From an uncultured Marinosulfonomonas sp. (GTDB lineage: Bacteria; Pseudomonadota; Alphaproteobacteria; Rhodobacterales; Rhodobacteraceae), in NCBI GenBank assembly GCA_964538015.1, contig CAZIDQ010000001.1, positions 6,330 through 70,329 on the forward strand: DNA of 64,000 bases, given 5' to 3'. A program made the translations under genes and the position numbers. Shown here in pieces: positions 1-11,079 of this stretch (its first letter is position 1; the number at the start of each line of letters is the position of its first letter). Below the pieces are notes generated by a model that did no database searches, was not told the origin of the DNA, and saw nothing but the letters and a program-made list of their open reading frames with translations.

Positions 1-92
1 GGCTATTATGGCCGTTGCCTTGACTTAAGTCATGTTGCGGCGGAGTGTTCCAGACTATTGCTGTCCAGATCAAACGAAACGGGTGCGAGCGG

Positions 93-950
93 ATGACACA
101 GATACTGGCGGCTTTCCTTCCTGTGGGCCTTATTTTACTGATGTTTGTGGTGGGGTTGCGCCTGTCTTTTGCAAAGGTGGCTGCGGCGTTTTTACACCCC
201 GGTGCATTGGCTGCGGGGTTGGTTGTGCAGATGGTTCTGCTGCCGTCTGTTGCCTTTGTTCTGGCGCAGGTGTTTGATCTGTCCGCACCGATGGCGATCG
301 GGCTGATTCTGGTTGCGGCGGCGCCGGGGGGGGTGACGTCCAACTATATTGCCTATCTGGCCCGCGCAGATGTGGCATTGTCGGCGGCGATGACGCTGGT
401 CACCACCGCGCTTGCGGCTGTGACGATTCCGTTAATCCTGATTCTGGCCGGAGTGGGTGAATTACCCGGTGTGTCCGGTCTGGCCCGGATGAGCATGGCA
501 ATGACGGGTGTGGCGTTGGTGCCGATGGCGGCGGGTATTGCATTTACGGCATGGCGACCGGCCTTGGCAGGGCGTTTGGTGTCTATACTTGATCCTGTAT
601 CCAAAGTGGTTTTTGCTGTCATGGTTTTTGCCACCTTTGTTCAAAACTGGGGCCCGATGATGGATCATCTATCCAGCGTTGGTCCGGCGGTTGCCGCTTT
701 GAATCTGACTGCGCTGGGGCTGGCGGGTGGCGCCGGTATTTTGCTGGGGCTGACTGCCGAGCGGCGGCGCGCGATTATGGTCGAGGCCTCGCTTCAGAAT
801 GTTGCAGTTGCGATGTTTGTTGCCGGTTCCCTGTTGAAAAATCCCGCGTTGGCCACGCCTGCGCTGATTTACGCACTGGTCATGAATATTTCGGCGTTGA
901 TCCAGATCGGCATGGCGCAAAGGGCACGAATGCCGGCATCCGGTGTGTAG
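93..950 (+). CDS. Bile acid:sodium symporter (BASS/SBF) family transporter
   Basis: Very hydrophobic multi-TM ORF with the AAPGGVTSN and EASLQN motifs typical of the SBF family; start placed at ATG 93. Confidence 0.85.
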   Translation: MTQILAAFLPVGLILLMFVVGLRLSFAKVAAAFLHPGALAAGLVVQMVLLPSVAFVLAQVFDLSAPMAIGLILVAAAPGGVTSNYIAYLARADVALSAAMTLVTTALAAVTIPLILILAGVGELPGVSGLARMSMAMTGVALVPMAAGIAFTAWRPALAGRLVSILDPVSKVVFAVMVFATFVQNWGPMMDHLSSVGPAVAALNLTALGLAGGAGILLGLTAERRRAIMVEASLQNVAVAMFVAGSLLKNPALATPALIYALVMNISALIQIGMAQRARMPASGV

Positions 951-968
951 GGTGCAATGTGGGTGGGG

Positions 969-1175
969 TTATTTCTGGTAGCTGTGTTGTTCCCGTGGTG
1001 GGCGGTTCCTGACAAAGAACACCACCGATCCAGCCAACAGTGTAAGCAATACAAACAAGGTTCCGGTTGCCGCGTAGAACAACACCGCTGTCCATATTGG
1101 CAATCCGGCATACAGCGCCCCGCCGCCCGCGACGAGGCCAAGTAGCATTCCGATACCAATAACACCAACCAGCAC
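969..1175 (-). CDS. Small two-TM hypothetical membrane protein
   Basis: Hydrophobic part of ORF 969..1358; GAAGGA RBS-like element 9 nt before GTG at 1175; same strand as and downstream of rmlA. Start uncertain (ATG 1220 is an alternative). Confidence 0.55.
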   Translation of the reverse strand: MLVGVIGIGMLLGLVAGGGALYAGLPIWTAVLFYAATGTLFVLLTLLAGSVVFFVRNRPPREQHSYQK

Positions 1176-1276
1176 TTTGACCCATCCTTCGATTGCTTTA
1201 GAATCAAATGCTACAATCATAGGGAGAGTGTCGCAAGGGTCTTGTTCAAATTTAGGTATTTGGGCAGAAAACGGCC

Positions 1277-2143
1277 TTACAACCCCTTCAGATATTGCCC
1301 GTATTTGTTCTTGGCAAACAGATCGGCACGCTTTTCCAGATCTTCGCGGGTGATCCACCCTTTGGTAAAGGCGATTTCATCCGGCGATCCCACCTGCATC
1401 CCTTGCCGGTTTTCCAGTGTACGCACGAAATTTCCGGCATCCAGAAGGCTGCCGTGGGTGCCGGTATCCAGCCAGGCATAGCCACGCCCCATGCGTTCGA
1501 CGGTCAATGCGTCTTCGGCCAGATAAAGTTCCAGCAAAGATGTGATTTCAAGTTCGCCACGGGGTGACGGTTTGACCTGTCGCGCTTTGTCGGGGGCTGT
1601 GCCGTCCAGAAAATACAACCCTGTCACAGCGTAATTCGAGGGGGGGATTTCGGGTTTTTCGATGATGGAAACAACGCGGTCATTTTCATCAAAATCCACC
1701 ACGCCATAGCGTTCCGGATCGGCCACCCGATAACCAAAGACGGTACCGCCGGTGGTGCGGGCCTTGGCCAGATCCAGCATTTCGGGCAACCCGTGGCCAA
1801 AGAAAATGTTGTCGCCCAGAACCATTGCCGATGGTGCGCCTGCCAGAAAATCCTCGGCCAGCAAATAGGCCTGTGCCAGTCCATCCGGGGAAGGTTGCTG
1901 AATATAGGTCAGATCCAGACCCCATTGCGATCCGTCGCCCAGCAGCCGCTGGAACTGATCCTGGTCCTGCGGCGTTGTGATAACCGCGATTTCGTGAATA
2001 TCCGCCAGCATCAGCACCGACAGTGGATAATAGATCATCGGTTTGTCATAGATCGGCAGCAACTGTTTCGAGATGCTAAGAGTGATCGGATATAGGCGCG
2101 TCCCCGACCCGCCTGCCAGAATGATACCTTTGCGTTTTGTCAC
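1277..2143 (-). CDS. rfbA: Glucose-1-phosphate thymidylyltransferase
   Basis: GIILAGGSGTRLYP, KQLLPIYDKPM, RGELEIT and WLDTGT motifs; in an rml cluster. Confidence 0.97.
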   Translation of the reverse strand: MTKRKGIILAGGSGTRLYPITLSISKQLLPIYDKPMIYYPLSVLMLADIHEIAVITTPQDQDQFQRLLGDGSQWGLDLTYIQQPSPDGLAQAYLLAEDFLAGAPSAMVLGDNIFFGHGLPEMLDLAKARTTGGTVFGYRVADPERYGVVDFDENDRVVSIIEKPEIPPSNYAVTGLYFLDGTAPDKARQVKPSPRGELEITSLLELYLAEDALTVERMGRGYAWLDTGTHGSLLDAGNFVRTLENRQGMQVGSPDEIAFTKGWITREDLEKRADLFAKNKYGQYLKGL

Positions 2144-2991
2144 GATACTTGTCCCAATTCGGTTAATACTTTGCGTAGTCCGGTTTTCCAGTCTGGCGGA
2201 TTGATCCCATAATCGGCAGCCAGAGTAGAGCCGTCAAGCCGCGAGTTTAGCGGCCGTTTGGCCGGTGTCGGATAGTCGCTTGACGGAATGTCGTTCACCC
2301 GCACGTTCAATCCGCTTTGGGTGAATATCTCGCGGGCGAAATCGGCCCAGCTGACGGCGGGCGTGCCAGCGTAATGATAGGTTCCGGCTTTGCCTGTCCC
2401 GCCAGCAAAAGCACCAGCCATGCGCAACAGTGTTGCCGCAATATCGGCGGCCGGCGTGGGCCCGCCGATCTGGTCGGACACAATGCTTAACGCATCGCGG
2501 TCCGCCCCCAGCCGCAGCATGCTTTTGACGAAATTTGCACCGTGTGCCGAAAACACCCACGAGGTACGTAATACTGCATAGCTGCCGCCAGCGCTTTGCA
2601 CCCGTTCTTCGCCCAAAAGCTTACTGCGCCCATAGACCCCCAAAGGATCAACAGCATCATTCGGTTTTCTTGCCTGTGTGCCGCTGCCGTTAAAAACGTA
2701 GTCGGTCGAGATGTGCAGAAACGGTATCCCCCGCGCTGCCGCTGCCAGTGCCATCGCACCCGGCGCATCCCCGTTCACCACGTTTGCCAACTGCACATCG
2801 TCTTCGGCCTTGTCGACGGCGGTATAGGCGGCTGCGTTGATGATGATATTGGCGTCGGTTGTTGCAATGATGTCTGCACAGGCCTGCGGGTTGGACAAAT
2901 CAGCCTGATCCCGCCCCAACGCGGTTACCGGTGCCTGCCGCTGTAATTCGGTGGCCACCTGTCCGGTTTTTCCAAAGACCAGTATCCGCAT
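2140..2991 (-). CDS. rfbD: dTDP-4-dehydrorhamnose reductase
   Basis: GKTGQV Rossmann start, NAAAYTAVD, ISTDYVF, YGRSK; 4-nt overlap with rfbA. Confidence 0.95.
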   Translation of the reverse strand: MRILVFGKTGQVATELQRQAPVTALGRDQADLSNPQACADIIATTDANIIINAAAYTAVDKAEDDVQLANVVNGDAPGAMALAAAARGIPFLHISTDYVFNGSGTQARKPNDAVDPLGVYGRSKLLGEERVQSAGGSYAVLRTSWVFSAHGANFVKSMLRLGADRDALSIVSDQIGGPTPAADIAATLLRMAGAFAGGTGKAGTYHYAGTPAVSWADFAREIFTQSGLNVRVNDIPSSDYPTPAKRPLNSRLDGSTLAADYGINPPDWKTGLRKVLTELGQVS

Positions 2992-3085
2992 GAATAGGGG
3001 GTTCCCTGTTTATTATTTGTGCGACCGGATATAACCGGTCCCAAGTTGACATTTACCTAACCGGTATTGAGTACGATTTCTGGCT

Positions 3086-4225
3086 TCAGGATGCATTGAC
3101 CCAACCCCGCACCAGCCGCTGCCCCGGCATTTCCACAAATTTCCACGTTACGTAGCTAACGATCACTGTAAGGACGCAACCGGTTACAACAAACAGATCA
3201 CCGGCCAGCAGTGTTGTCCCGAACTGGTTGCCCTCGGACGGAGAAAACAGTTCAAGGCCACTTTGCTGTTCCAGCAGTGTTGTCAGGTTTTTCAGGCGGG
3301 CGTGCAAATAGGAGTGCACCATGTAAATGGAATAGGACAAAACCCCCATCAGCAAAAACCCTTTGGTCGAAAATACGCGTGACAGCAGTCCTTGTTCAGC
3401 GGAAAATACCCAGAGGACAATACCAAACACGACTGGTGCCAATAGGGTAACGCCATAAGTCGGGGCATAAGAAACAAACAGGACCATTCCAGCGAAAACC
3501 GGTATTTCCCAGCGTCCGGTAACGCGTTGATCGGGTCTAAATCGCTGGAATAGTTGCCATAAAACAGTGCCAACGCCAAACCCCATGATGCAGCGAAAAA
3601 CCCCACCATCCGTGACCAGATTTATTGATCCGCTGTTAAGTGCGATGATGGCTGCTGGAATAACAAGAAATGCAAACGCGCGATAGAGGCGGATAGCCTG
3701 ATACCCCGCTATCAATGCGATTGCAAAAACCAGATAGGCCCACACCTCGGCGCTTATTGACCAGGATGGCACATTCCAGCTTTCTACTCCTGACAGGCCG
3801 AACGGGCGCCCCAGACTTTGCAACAAAAGCGCGTTTTCCGGTAGCAATGACAGGCTTCGGGTGCCTTCAAACGGGATACGGTCAGCGTTGGCCAGCATTG
3901 GGCGCACAGCCAGCATCAGCGCTTCGGTTGCAACGAACACGCCAAGCATGAACAGATGCAGCGGGTAAAGCCGCGCCAAACGCAACCCCATGAAACGCCA
4001 GATCGAAACGTCTTTGTTTTGCAATCGGGTGGTGTAATTGGCCGCAATCACAAACCCAGACAGGACGAAAAAGAAATCGACAAATAACCAGCTGTTGCGC
4101 ACCAGTGGTAGGTTTTCGATATGGCTGTTGGCGTGGAAATGAAACAAAACCACCATCATGGCGCAAATTCCACGCAGGCTGTCCAGAACAGCAAAATAGG
4201 GGGCCTGACCGGTAGACGGTTTCAT
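3086..4225 (-). CDS. Membrane O-acyltransferase (acyltransferase-3/OafA family)
   Basis: [32 protein letters not shown] and VEMP motifs; ATG 4225 overlaps the rfbB stop (ATGA). Confidence 0.9.
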   Translation of the reverse strand: MKPSTGQAPYFAVLDSLRGICAMMVVLFHFHANSHIENLPLVRNSWLFVDFFFVLSGFVIAANYTTRLQNKDVSIWRFMGLRLARLYPLHLFMLGVFVATEALMLAVRPMLANADRIPFEGTRSLSLLPENALLLQSLGRPFGLSGVESWNVPSWSISAEVWAYLVFAIALIAGYQAIRLYRAFAFLVIPAAIIALNSGSINLVTDGGVFRCIMGFGVGTVLWQLFQRFRPDQRVTGRWEIPVFAGMVLFVSYAPTYGVTLLAPVVFGIVLWVFSAEQGLLSRVFSTKGFLLMGVLSYSIYMVHSYLHARLKNLTTLLEQQSGLELFSPSEGNQFGTTLLAGDLFVVTGCVLTVIVSYVTWKFVEMPGQRLVRGWVNAS

Positions 4226-5265
4226 CCCTTGTTGCCCAGTCGGGTGCCTACCCCTTGTCGATCCAGCAGCGCCTGCCACCAATCCTCGTTATCCAGATAC
4301 CACTGCACGGTTTTTTCCAACCCTTCGTCCAGCGTGACCGAGGGGCGCCAGTCCAGTTCGGTGCGGATACGTTGTGGATCAATTGCATAGCGTAAATCAT
4401 GGCCGGGTCGGTCCGCGACAAAGGTAATCAACTGGCTGTAAGGGGTGTCACCGGGGCGTTTTTCATCCAGTATCGTACAGATTTTCTGGACCAGTTCCAG
4501 ATTGGTCGCCTCGTTTTCACCGCCGATGTTGTAGGTGCGTCCGGTTTGGCCGTTTTGCAGCACCGTCAGCAGGGCGTCGGCGTGATCCTCGACGTACAGC
4601 CAGTCGCGGATGTTTTCGCCTTTGCCATAGACAGGAATATCATTGCCCGCCAACGCCTTCAGGATAACCACCGGCACCAGTTTCTCGGGGAAATGGTAGG
4701 GGCCGTAGTTGTTTGAACAATTGGTTACAACCACCGGCAGCCCATAGGTTTCACCCCATGCCCGCACCAGATGGTCACTGGCGGCTTTGGATGCCGAATA
4801 GGGGCTGTTTGGATCATAAGGCGTATCTTCGGTGAACATTCCCGTCGCCCCAAGCGAGCCGTAAACCTCGTCCGTCGAGATGTGGTGGAACCGGAAATCT
4901 TTCGGGCGATCACGGCCAACCCAGTATTCCCGCGCTGCTTCCAGCATGTTGAAGGTGCCGGTAACATTGGTTTCGATAAAGGCGGCAGGTCCGTCGATCG
5001 AACGGTCCACATGGCTTTCGGCGGCCAAATGCATCACGGTGTCGGGTGCATGACGCGCAAAAACCGCAGCCAGCGCCGCCGGATCGCGGATATCGGCCTT
5101 TTCAAAGGCATAATTCGGGTTGTCGGCCACAGAGGCAACATTTTCAAGGCAGGCGGCATAGGTCAGCGCGTCCAGATTAACCACCTGATGGCCGTCCCGA
5201 ATGGCGCGGCGTACAACGGCCGATCCAATAAATCCGGCCCCGCCCGTAACTAGTATCTTCATCAA
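4222..5265 (-). CDS. rfbB: dTDP-glucose 4,6-dehydratase
   Basis: [30 protein letters not shown] and DRPGHDLRY motifs. Confidence 0.97.
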   Translation of the reverse strand: MMKILVTGGAGFIGSAVVRRAIRDGHQVVNLDALTYAACLENVASVADNPNYAFEKADIRDPAALAAVFARHAPDTVMHLAAESHVDRSIDGPAAFIETNVTGTFNMLEAAREYWVGRDRPKDFRFHHISTDEVYGSLGATGMFTEDTPYDPNSPYSASKAASDHLVRAWGETYGLPVVVTNCSNNYGPYHFPEKLVPVVILKALAGNDIPVYGKGENIRDWLYVEDHADALLTVLQNGQTGRTYNIGGENEATNLELVQKICTILDEKRPGDTPYSQLITFVADRPGHDLRYAIDPQRIRTELDWRPSVTLDEGLEKTVQWYLDNEDWWQALLDRQGVGTRLGNKG

Positions 5266-5828
5266 TCAATCTCGTAGGTAAAAGGGGTTTCAAAATTGCT
5301 TATAAATGGTGCTGCGGCGTCCTTATCCGATAAAATAGCCTTATCCGGATCAATTGCCCAGTCAATTCCCAAATCTGGATCATCAAAGCGGATAGCCCCG
5401 TCGGCATCCGGCGCATAGTAATCGGTGCATTTGTATATGATTTCGGTGTTTGGCAGGCGGGTGACAAAGCCATGTGCAAACCCTTCGGGGATCAGCAATT
5501 GCTTGCCGTTGTCGGCCGAAAGCTCGACTCCGGTCCATTTCCCGTAAGTCGGCGAGCCTTTGCGGATATCGACCGCGACATCAAACAGGCAGCCTTGCCC
5601 GCAGCGCACCAGTTTTGTCTGTGCATGCGGCGGGGCCTGAAAATGCAGTCCTCGTATGGTTCCGACATCGCGTGACAGCGAGTGGTTGTCCTGAACGAAA
5701 TCATAGGTAATACCCTGATCCGCCAAAGTCTGCCGGTTCCAGCTTTCGGAAAAGAAACCGCGATGATCACCATAACGGGCGGGCGTTAGCAGCAGAACGC
5801 CGGGAAGGTCGGTTTTTTCAATTTGCAA
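5262..5828 (-). CDS. rfbC: dTDP-4-dehydrorhamnose 3,5-epimerase
   Basis: [27 protein letters not shown] and GFAHGF motifs; probable TTG start at 5828 after GGAGA. Confidence 0.95.
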   Translation of the reverse strand: MQIEKTDLPGVLLLTPARYGDHRGFFSESWNRQTLADQGITYDFVQDNHSLSRDVGTIRGLHFQAPPHAQTKLVRCGQGCLFDVAVDIRKGSPTYGKWTGVELSADNGKQLLIPEGFAHGFVTRLPNTEIIYKCTDYYAPDADGAIRFDDPDLGIDWAIDPDKAILSDKDAAAPFISNFETPFTYEID

Positions 5829-6041
5829 TAGATGGTCTCCGGAGGTTGGCAAGTCTTGTCTGTTTGTGAGACATTTGGGACTGAATGAATACTGTTTTCC
5901 TCGCAAGTGCGCTTGAGATTGCGTTTACCAATTTATTTCGTGTTGGTGAAGGAGTTTGCTAACAGGTCGCATCCCGGTAGAACAATTCGACAAAGAATGT
6001 CAGAGTATATTATCCCGATTTATTATTCATACAGGTATTGA

Positions 6042-7535
6042 TTACTGCCCCACGACTTGATCGGTTGTGGCGCGAATCTTTCGGGTTGGTGTGACATGCC
6101 TAAGAATTCGCAAAGTGGGTATGAGTAGATCACTAGAATTATCGCAGGCTATAAACTTATGAGACCCCTCAATGGTAATGCGCCCGCTTGCATGAATTCC
6201 CAATCCCCGATGAACCGAAATGCGTGCATCGAGGTCGCCGTCCACACGAATATTATCGGCACCGACAAACGTAACATTTGAGTTGGTGAAACCGGCAGGC
6301 AAGGTCATTTTGCCAATAGACATGAATACAGAATGCTCATTGGGGTTGCAGTCTTGCAATGGGTCTCCAGCCTTGGCTCCGGGATCTACGGACAGTGTAT
6401 CCTCGTGTTGGTTACGGGTTGTGACAATCAGGCTACCCCTGATACTTGCATGCGGGCCAAACCGGAGAGCGCAATCAGTAGTTAATACAATATTCCTTAG
6501 GGCGGGGCTAAATGGTTCCACACCTATTTCCAGGATGGGTTCTTGGTCGTTACAGTCTACTGAATAGGAAAGTCCTTCTGGGAACTCGCGTAGCAACAGG
6601 AATTGTTCTTTTAGAAGTGGTACCACTGTACCTTTTTTCAGCTGACCTAATAATTGTTTTGGCACCCCGATTTCATCAAGTGCTGAAAAATCATCATCCA
6701 ACGGTTTGCCATCGAAGAAAGATACAACCTCTTGAGCCAGCAGCGGGTCACCACGGAAACCATCAAAAATGCCGTGAATGAGGCTATTAAGGTCTGGCAT
6801 GATCAGATTAACTTCTTGAGTGCGGAGCCCGGCATTTGCTATTCGATCACAGTTACCGCTACATTTACTCAGGTCGGGCATACTGACCAGACTGCTTTTG
6901 GCAAACTCGTTGCGTGAGGTTAGTGTGACTGATCGTTGGCTATGAATGCAGTAGTCGGCACCAATTTGGTTTTCGTCGACTAACTCGATTATATCATGCG
7001 CAAACAATCCTTCCGACGCATCGCAGCGCGTAGTGCTGCCAACCATTGCCACGCTTTGGACGGTCATATCCCACGAGTTCAAACCGATAAACCCTAGTAA
7101 AAAAGTCGGGACCGGGTTGTTTACCGCTTTATTACGCCGCAGGGTTATCTTGATTGCATTCGGTGTGCCGTTGGTGGTGATAGTGTTTGTTTTTGAATCG
7201 TAGTGCCGTAATAGAATGTCATATTTGGTGTCTCTGAATATGCGCCCGAAACGATCATGCGGCATGTTAAATTCTGCTGCTGTTTCGACGGCATCTATAA
7301 TTGCCGCAGTTTCGGATCCCTGTGCAATGGCGACCGCCCCGGCGTGTGCCGCAACATCTGCAGTCAGGCTTAGCAGTTCCTTGTTGCGCCATGCGTTGGT
7401 TGAATCAATGGCGACGCCCCCCAATAGCAAACAGATCGTCAGGCCGAAAAGCGACATGACAGTACCGGCACCTGATTGGTTCCGGTAAAACTGCTTGAAT
7501 ATTCGCTGTAAGGAGAGTGCCAGATTCGAGCCCAT
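6042..7535 (-). CDS. TadG-like pseudopilin / pilus assembly protein with large Cys-containing C-terminal domain
   Basis: N-terminal QSGA + hydrophobic helix + AID...L..TADVAAHAGA Tad signature; NPVPTFL motif; 1-nt overlap with the upstream TadE-like gene. Confidence 0.75.
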   Translation of the reverse strand: MGSNLALSLQRIFKQFYRNQSGAGTVMSLFGLTICLLLGGVAIDSTNAWRNKELLSLTADVAAHAGAVAIAQGSETAAIIDAVETAAEFNMPHDRFGRIFRDTKYDILLRHYDSKTNTITTNGTPNAIKITLRRNKAVNNPVPTFLLGFIGLNSWDMTVQSVAMVGSTTRCDASEGLFAHDIIELVDENQIGADYCIHSQRSVTLTSRNEFAKSSLVSMPDLSKCSGNCDRIANAGLRTQEVNLIMPDLNSLIHGIFDGFRGDPLLAQEVVSFFDGKPLDDDFSALDEIGVPKQLLGQLKKGTVVPLLKEQFLLLREFPEGLSYSVDCNDQEPILEIGVEPFSPALRNIVLTTDCALRFGPHASIRGSLIVTTRNQHEDTLSVDPGAKAGDPLQDCNPNEHSVFMSIGKMTLPAGFTNSNVTFVGADNIRVDGDLDARISVHRGLGIHASGRITIEGSHKFIACDNSSDLLIPTLRILRHVTPTRKIRATTDQVVGQ

Positions 7536-7960
7536 TAAATGGGCTCCAGTGTCTGCTTTACCTTTGTTGTGATTGTGTTTCCAAGGGCGAAACCCAACGT
7601 GCCAAAAGGTGCCATTTTCTGGGCCTTGGCAATGATGATCACAGTCACATCTGAATCCGTAACCTCGATTTCGACCTTGGGAGTATACCCCGAGAAGCGC
7701 GCCTGGTTCTCAACATAATCCTGAGCATCTGCAGCAGTCATGCCGTGGCGCGAAAGGATACGGGCGGTTTCGTGCGATATGCTCCACTGATTCGACTGGC
7801 GTGTGAAAACCAGCGAGAGGTCGGCGGTGACCAGAATGAACAACAAAAACACGGGTAACCAGAGTACGAACTCGATCGATACGGTGCCTTCTGTGTCCTT
7901 GTTATACGCATGAATCATACGTTTTAACGTGCGACGAATTTTTAAATTGCCCAATTCCAA
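7535..7960 (-). CDS. TadE-like pseudopilin
   Basis: Prepilin motif G-TVSI-EF followed by hydrophobic helix VLWLPVFLLFIL and ETAR. Confidence 0.8.
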   Translation of the reverse strand: MELGNLKIRRTLKRMIHAYNKDTEGTVSIEFVLWLPVFLLFILVTADLSLVFTRQSNQWSISHETARILSRHGMTAADAQDYVENQARFSGYTPKVEIEVTDSDVTVIIIAKAQKMAPFGTLGFALGNTITTKVKQTLEPI

Positions 7961-8223
7961 AACTTGCTTCTTTCTGCTTGCCGGTCATCCCCTACCAGCG
8001 TTTACGTTATTGTTCTCCATCACTCCAAGGCTCCCGGTTGTGGGCCTGTCTACTTGGAATTGCATTTTAAAATGAAGAGATTATGGCAGAAGGGTGACCA
8101 ATCCTTGGTCGGTCGACTTATTGTTTCGCTCAATCCGTTGTGTTTATAACGAATTTACCCCCCGGCACGTCAAGCAAGGGGGCCTGCGGTAAGCCGGAAT
8201 ACGCCGATTCTATCCGATTCGGG

Positions 8224-9288
8224 TTAATAGGAGCTTTTGCTTTGCGCATAATTTTGTCGGCCGAGGTTTCTGCCAAAGGCCATGGCGGGGGCTTCGATAA
8301 AATGCCATGACATCACGGCGCAGGCCAAAGACGCGGGCAATGCAAGCATGATGTTGATCGCAGGTGTTGTGATGCCATTCGATGCAACGATCTGCTGTAT
8401 CGGGAAGGCATAGATATAAAGGCCGTAAGAATAATCACCCAACCTGTTATAGGCCAGCATGAGCGGGTTTTGGATATAGCCGATAACAAAAACTGCATAG
8501 GACAGGGTTACGGCAATAACCGGATCAAAGAATTGGGTGCCGCGAAACAGCAAAGCCACCAATACAAGTGCAATTGCCAATGGCAGTGAAAGCCGGATGC
8601 GTTCGCGCCACAGATAAAAGGCCATGCCGGTCATAAAGGGCAAGCCCAGTTGCATCAGGCTATCGATGCGGGGATGGATGCCGCGCAGAACCGATACCGC
8701 GTAAACCAGTAAAAACGCAGCCATGCCAACAGCAAACAGCCCGCGCCGCTTGAACAACCCAAGCAAGCCGCACAAAACGACCCCGAAATAACAAAGAACC
8801 TCGTAGGACAAAGTCCAGAGAGAACCGTTAATCGGTGGGCCGTAGGGATTTGTTTCAAAGACACCAGGCAGTTCGTACTGCATGGAAAACAGGCTGAGAT
8901 TATGGAGAAAATATCCGACAGAGGCTGGCCAGTAGACCGCATCGGGCGCGGTTGTCAAAACCAAACCGCCAATAAGGACGGTCAAAAGCAGTATGATAGC
9001 CAGCCCCGGAAATATCCGGAATACCCGCGCCTGAACAAACCGCATCAGGGTTCTGCGGCGATCAAAACTGCGCGTTATGAAAAAGCCGGAAATAGCAAAG
9101 AACACCAGAACACTAATCGAACCCAGACTTTTACCCAGCCACTGACTTAGGGGTTCATAACCTTCGGTGCCCAGACTAAGGACAAACGAATGCGAAAACA
9201 GCACCCCGGCAGCCGCAAGGATGCGCAACAGATTGAAATTATTGTCCCGCCCATCCGAGCGATCTGCAATAACTGTCGGCTTTTTCAT
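8224..9288 (-). CDS. Membrane O-acyltransferase (acyltransferase-3 family)
   Basis: RDNNFNLLRILAA, FFAISGF, NGSLWTLSYE, GDYSYGLYIYAFP and SWHFIEAP motifs. Confidence 0.9.
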   Translation of the reverse strand: MKKPTVIADRSDGRDNNFNLLRILAAAGVLFSHSFVLSLGTEGYEPLSQWLGKSLGSISVLVFFAISGFFITRSFDRRRTLMRFVQARVFRIFPGLAIILLLTVLIGGLVLTTAPDAVYWPASVGYFLHNLSLFSMQYELPGVFETNPYGPPINGSLWTLSYEVLCYFGVVLCGLLGLFKRRGLFAVGMAAFLLVYAVSVLRGIHPRIDSLMQLGLPFMTGMAFYLWRERIRLSLPLAIALVLVALLFRGTQFFDPVIAVTLSYAVFVIGYIQNPLMLAYNRLGDYSYGLYIYAFPIQQIVASNGITTPAINIMLALPASLACAVMSWHFIEAPAMAFGRNLGRQNYAQSKSSY

Positions 9289-9666
9289 CCATTGCTCCTG
9301 AGCGGGTTAACTATACATTCCCGCGCGATAGCCGACCCCGACTATTACGGGCAGGCTGTGTGTTTGTGCTTTCTGGCGGGCCCGTTTGTTGGGTTGGCTG
9401 AAATAAACCGGAAAACATCTGAGTATTGTATCAATATGCAAAGGAATGGAAGGTTTGTTTCCTATTTTTCATGACTCCAGCCTTTCCTTGATTGGGAAAA
9501 GCCCCTATGTATTCCGGCTTGAGAGAGGGTCCGCAGGTTTGTTTTAAAAGCCTGTAAGATATGTATCCGAACGATGTATATCCGGGCCAAGATTTTTTAA
9601 ACGGATGCGCCGGATAAGCTGGCGGGTTCACATAGAGTTGTAAATTATTCAACGGAATAAACAGGA

Positions 9667-11079
9667 ATGATGTCGGCTAACGTTGATCCAACCCCAAGAC
9701 AGGCGAACGGATTCGTCGCGGATGCGGGGGAATCGCAAGGCGGTGGTGGTGCGTTTATTGCCATTTTCATCCTGTCCCTGTTGATACCGATCCGTCCGGA
9801 AATTGGCGGTATCAGGCTGGATCCTTATCGCGTTGTACTGCTTGTTGCGTTGATCCCGTTTATTGCCAAGTTATTTTCAGGCAAAGTCGGTCGGGTAACT
9901 TCTACTGACTGGGCGATAATCATTTTTGTAATCTGGACGATATTTATCTATTTTTTCCACCATGGCGCATCAAAAATACCCTATTCTCTGGTAACCGGCG
10001 CGGAACTTCTTGGCGGGTATCTTGCAGGACGTGTGCTTATTCGAAGTGTTTCGGATTACCGTCGATTTGTTCGATACTTTATGATCTCGTTATTGGTGTT
10101 GTTGCCGCTGGCAGTGTTCGAACTAATGACCTTCAGAATGTTGCTTGCTGAATTGTTCGGAAAATTCACGCATGTTATTCCCAAAGTGATGACCGAGCGT
10201 TTTGGCCTGTCGCGGGTACAAGTTTCTTTCCCTCACGCGATCCACTTCGGGTTTTATTGTTCGTTGATGCTGGCGAATATTTATTACTTGCATAAACGGC
10301 AGCTGCTGCGGATGTTACCGCTGATGCTGCTGTTGCTCGGCATGGCATTTATGTCGCTTTCGTCTGCGGCTTTTCTTTCTATTCTACTGCAGGTTCTGAT
10401 TATTGCTTGGGGCAAAGTTACGGGTGCACGTTGGCGATTACTCGTTATTCTTTTCGCGACAATATATTTCTCGCTTGAAATGCTATCAAACCGCGGCCCA
10501 ATTATCATTTTGATAGAAACAATGACGCTAAATCCGCAAACAGCATGGTGGCGTGTGCATATCTGGAATTTCGGAACCCAGTCAGTGATGAACCACCCGC
10601 TGTTTGGTATTGGACTTTATGACTGGGTTCGGCCGGTGTGGTTGGCGGGGACCGTCGACAACTATTGGCTTGTTATTGCAATGCGGTTCGGTTTTCCGGG
10701 TATTATTCTTTTGCTCTGGGCAGTAGGCGCGCATGTTTATCGCGTATTGCGCGTTAAAACACCGAACGACGAATTGCAGGCATTGCGATTGGGTTATGTT
10801 ATTACCCTTATCGGAGTTTTGTTTACGCTTGCGACCGTTCATATTTGGGATGCAATAAATGCTTTTGTAATGTTCTATTTCGGGGCAGGTGTATTTCTGT
10901 ATATAAACCCATCGAATGAAACAGCGGTTGACGAAATCGAGACACCTGATCAACAGCCCGACGGCGGAACCCGGCAGTTTGCTAGAAGTTCCGGCACTGG
11001 CCGAGGGCAGCCTCTACCCTATTCCCGTAGTACATTTAAGGGCCGCGCCCGACAGAACCCCCCGGAGAGTAACGAATGA
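9667..11079 (+). CDS. O-antigen ligase / Wzy-like polysaccharide polymerase family membrane protein
   Basis: About 11-12 TM segments; RVQVSFPHAIHFG, WRVHIW, HPLFGIG and DNYWL motifs typical of Wzy_C-type proteins. Confidence 0.75.
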   Translation: MMSANVDPTPRQANGFVADAGESQGGGGAFIAIFILSLLIPIRPEIGGIRLDPYRVVLLVALIPFIAKLFSGKVGRVTSTDWAIIIFVIWTIFIYFFHHGASKIPYSLVTGAELLGGYLAGRVLIRSVSDYRRFVRYFMISLLVLLPLAVFELMTFRMLLAELFGKFTHVIPKVMTERFGLSRVQVSFPHAIHFGFYCSLMLANIYYLHKRQLLRMLPLMLLLLGMAFMSLSSAAFLSILLQVLIIAWGKVTGARWRLLVILFATIYFSLEMLSNRGPIIILIETMTLNPQTAWWRVHIWNFGTQSVMNHPLFGIGLYDWVRPVWLAGTVDNYWLVIAMRFGFPGIILLLWAVGAHVYRVLRVKTPNDELQALRLGYVITLIGVLFTLATVHIWDAINAFVMFYFGAGVFLYINPSNETAVDEIETPDQQPDGGTRQFARSSGTGRGQPLPYSRSTFKGRARQNPPESNE

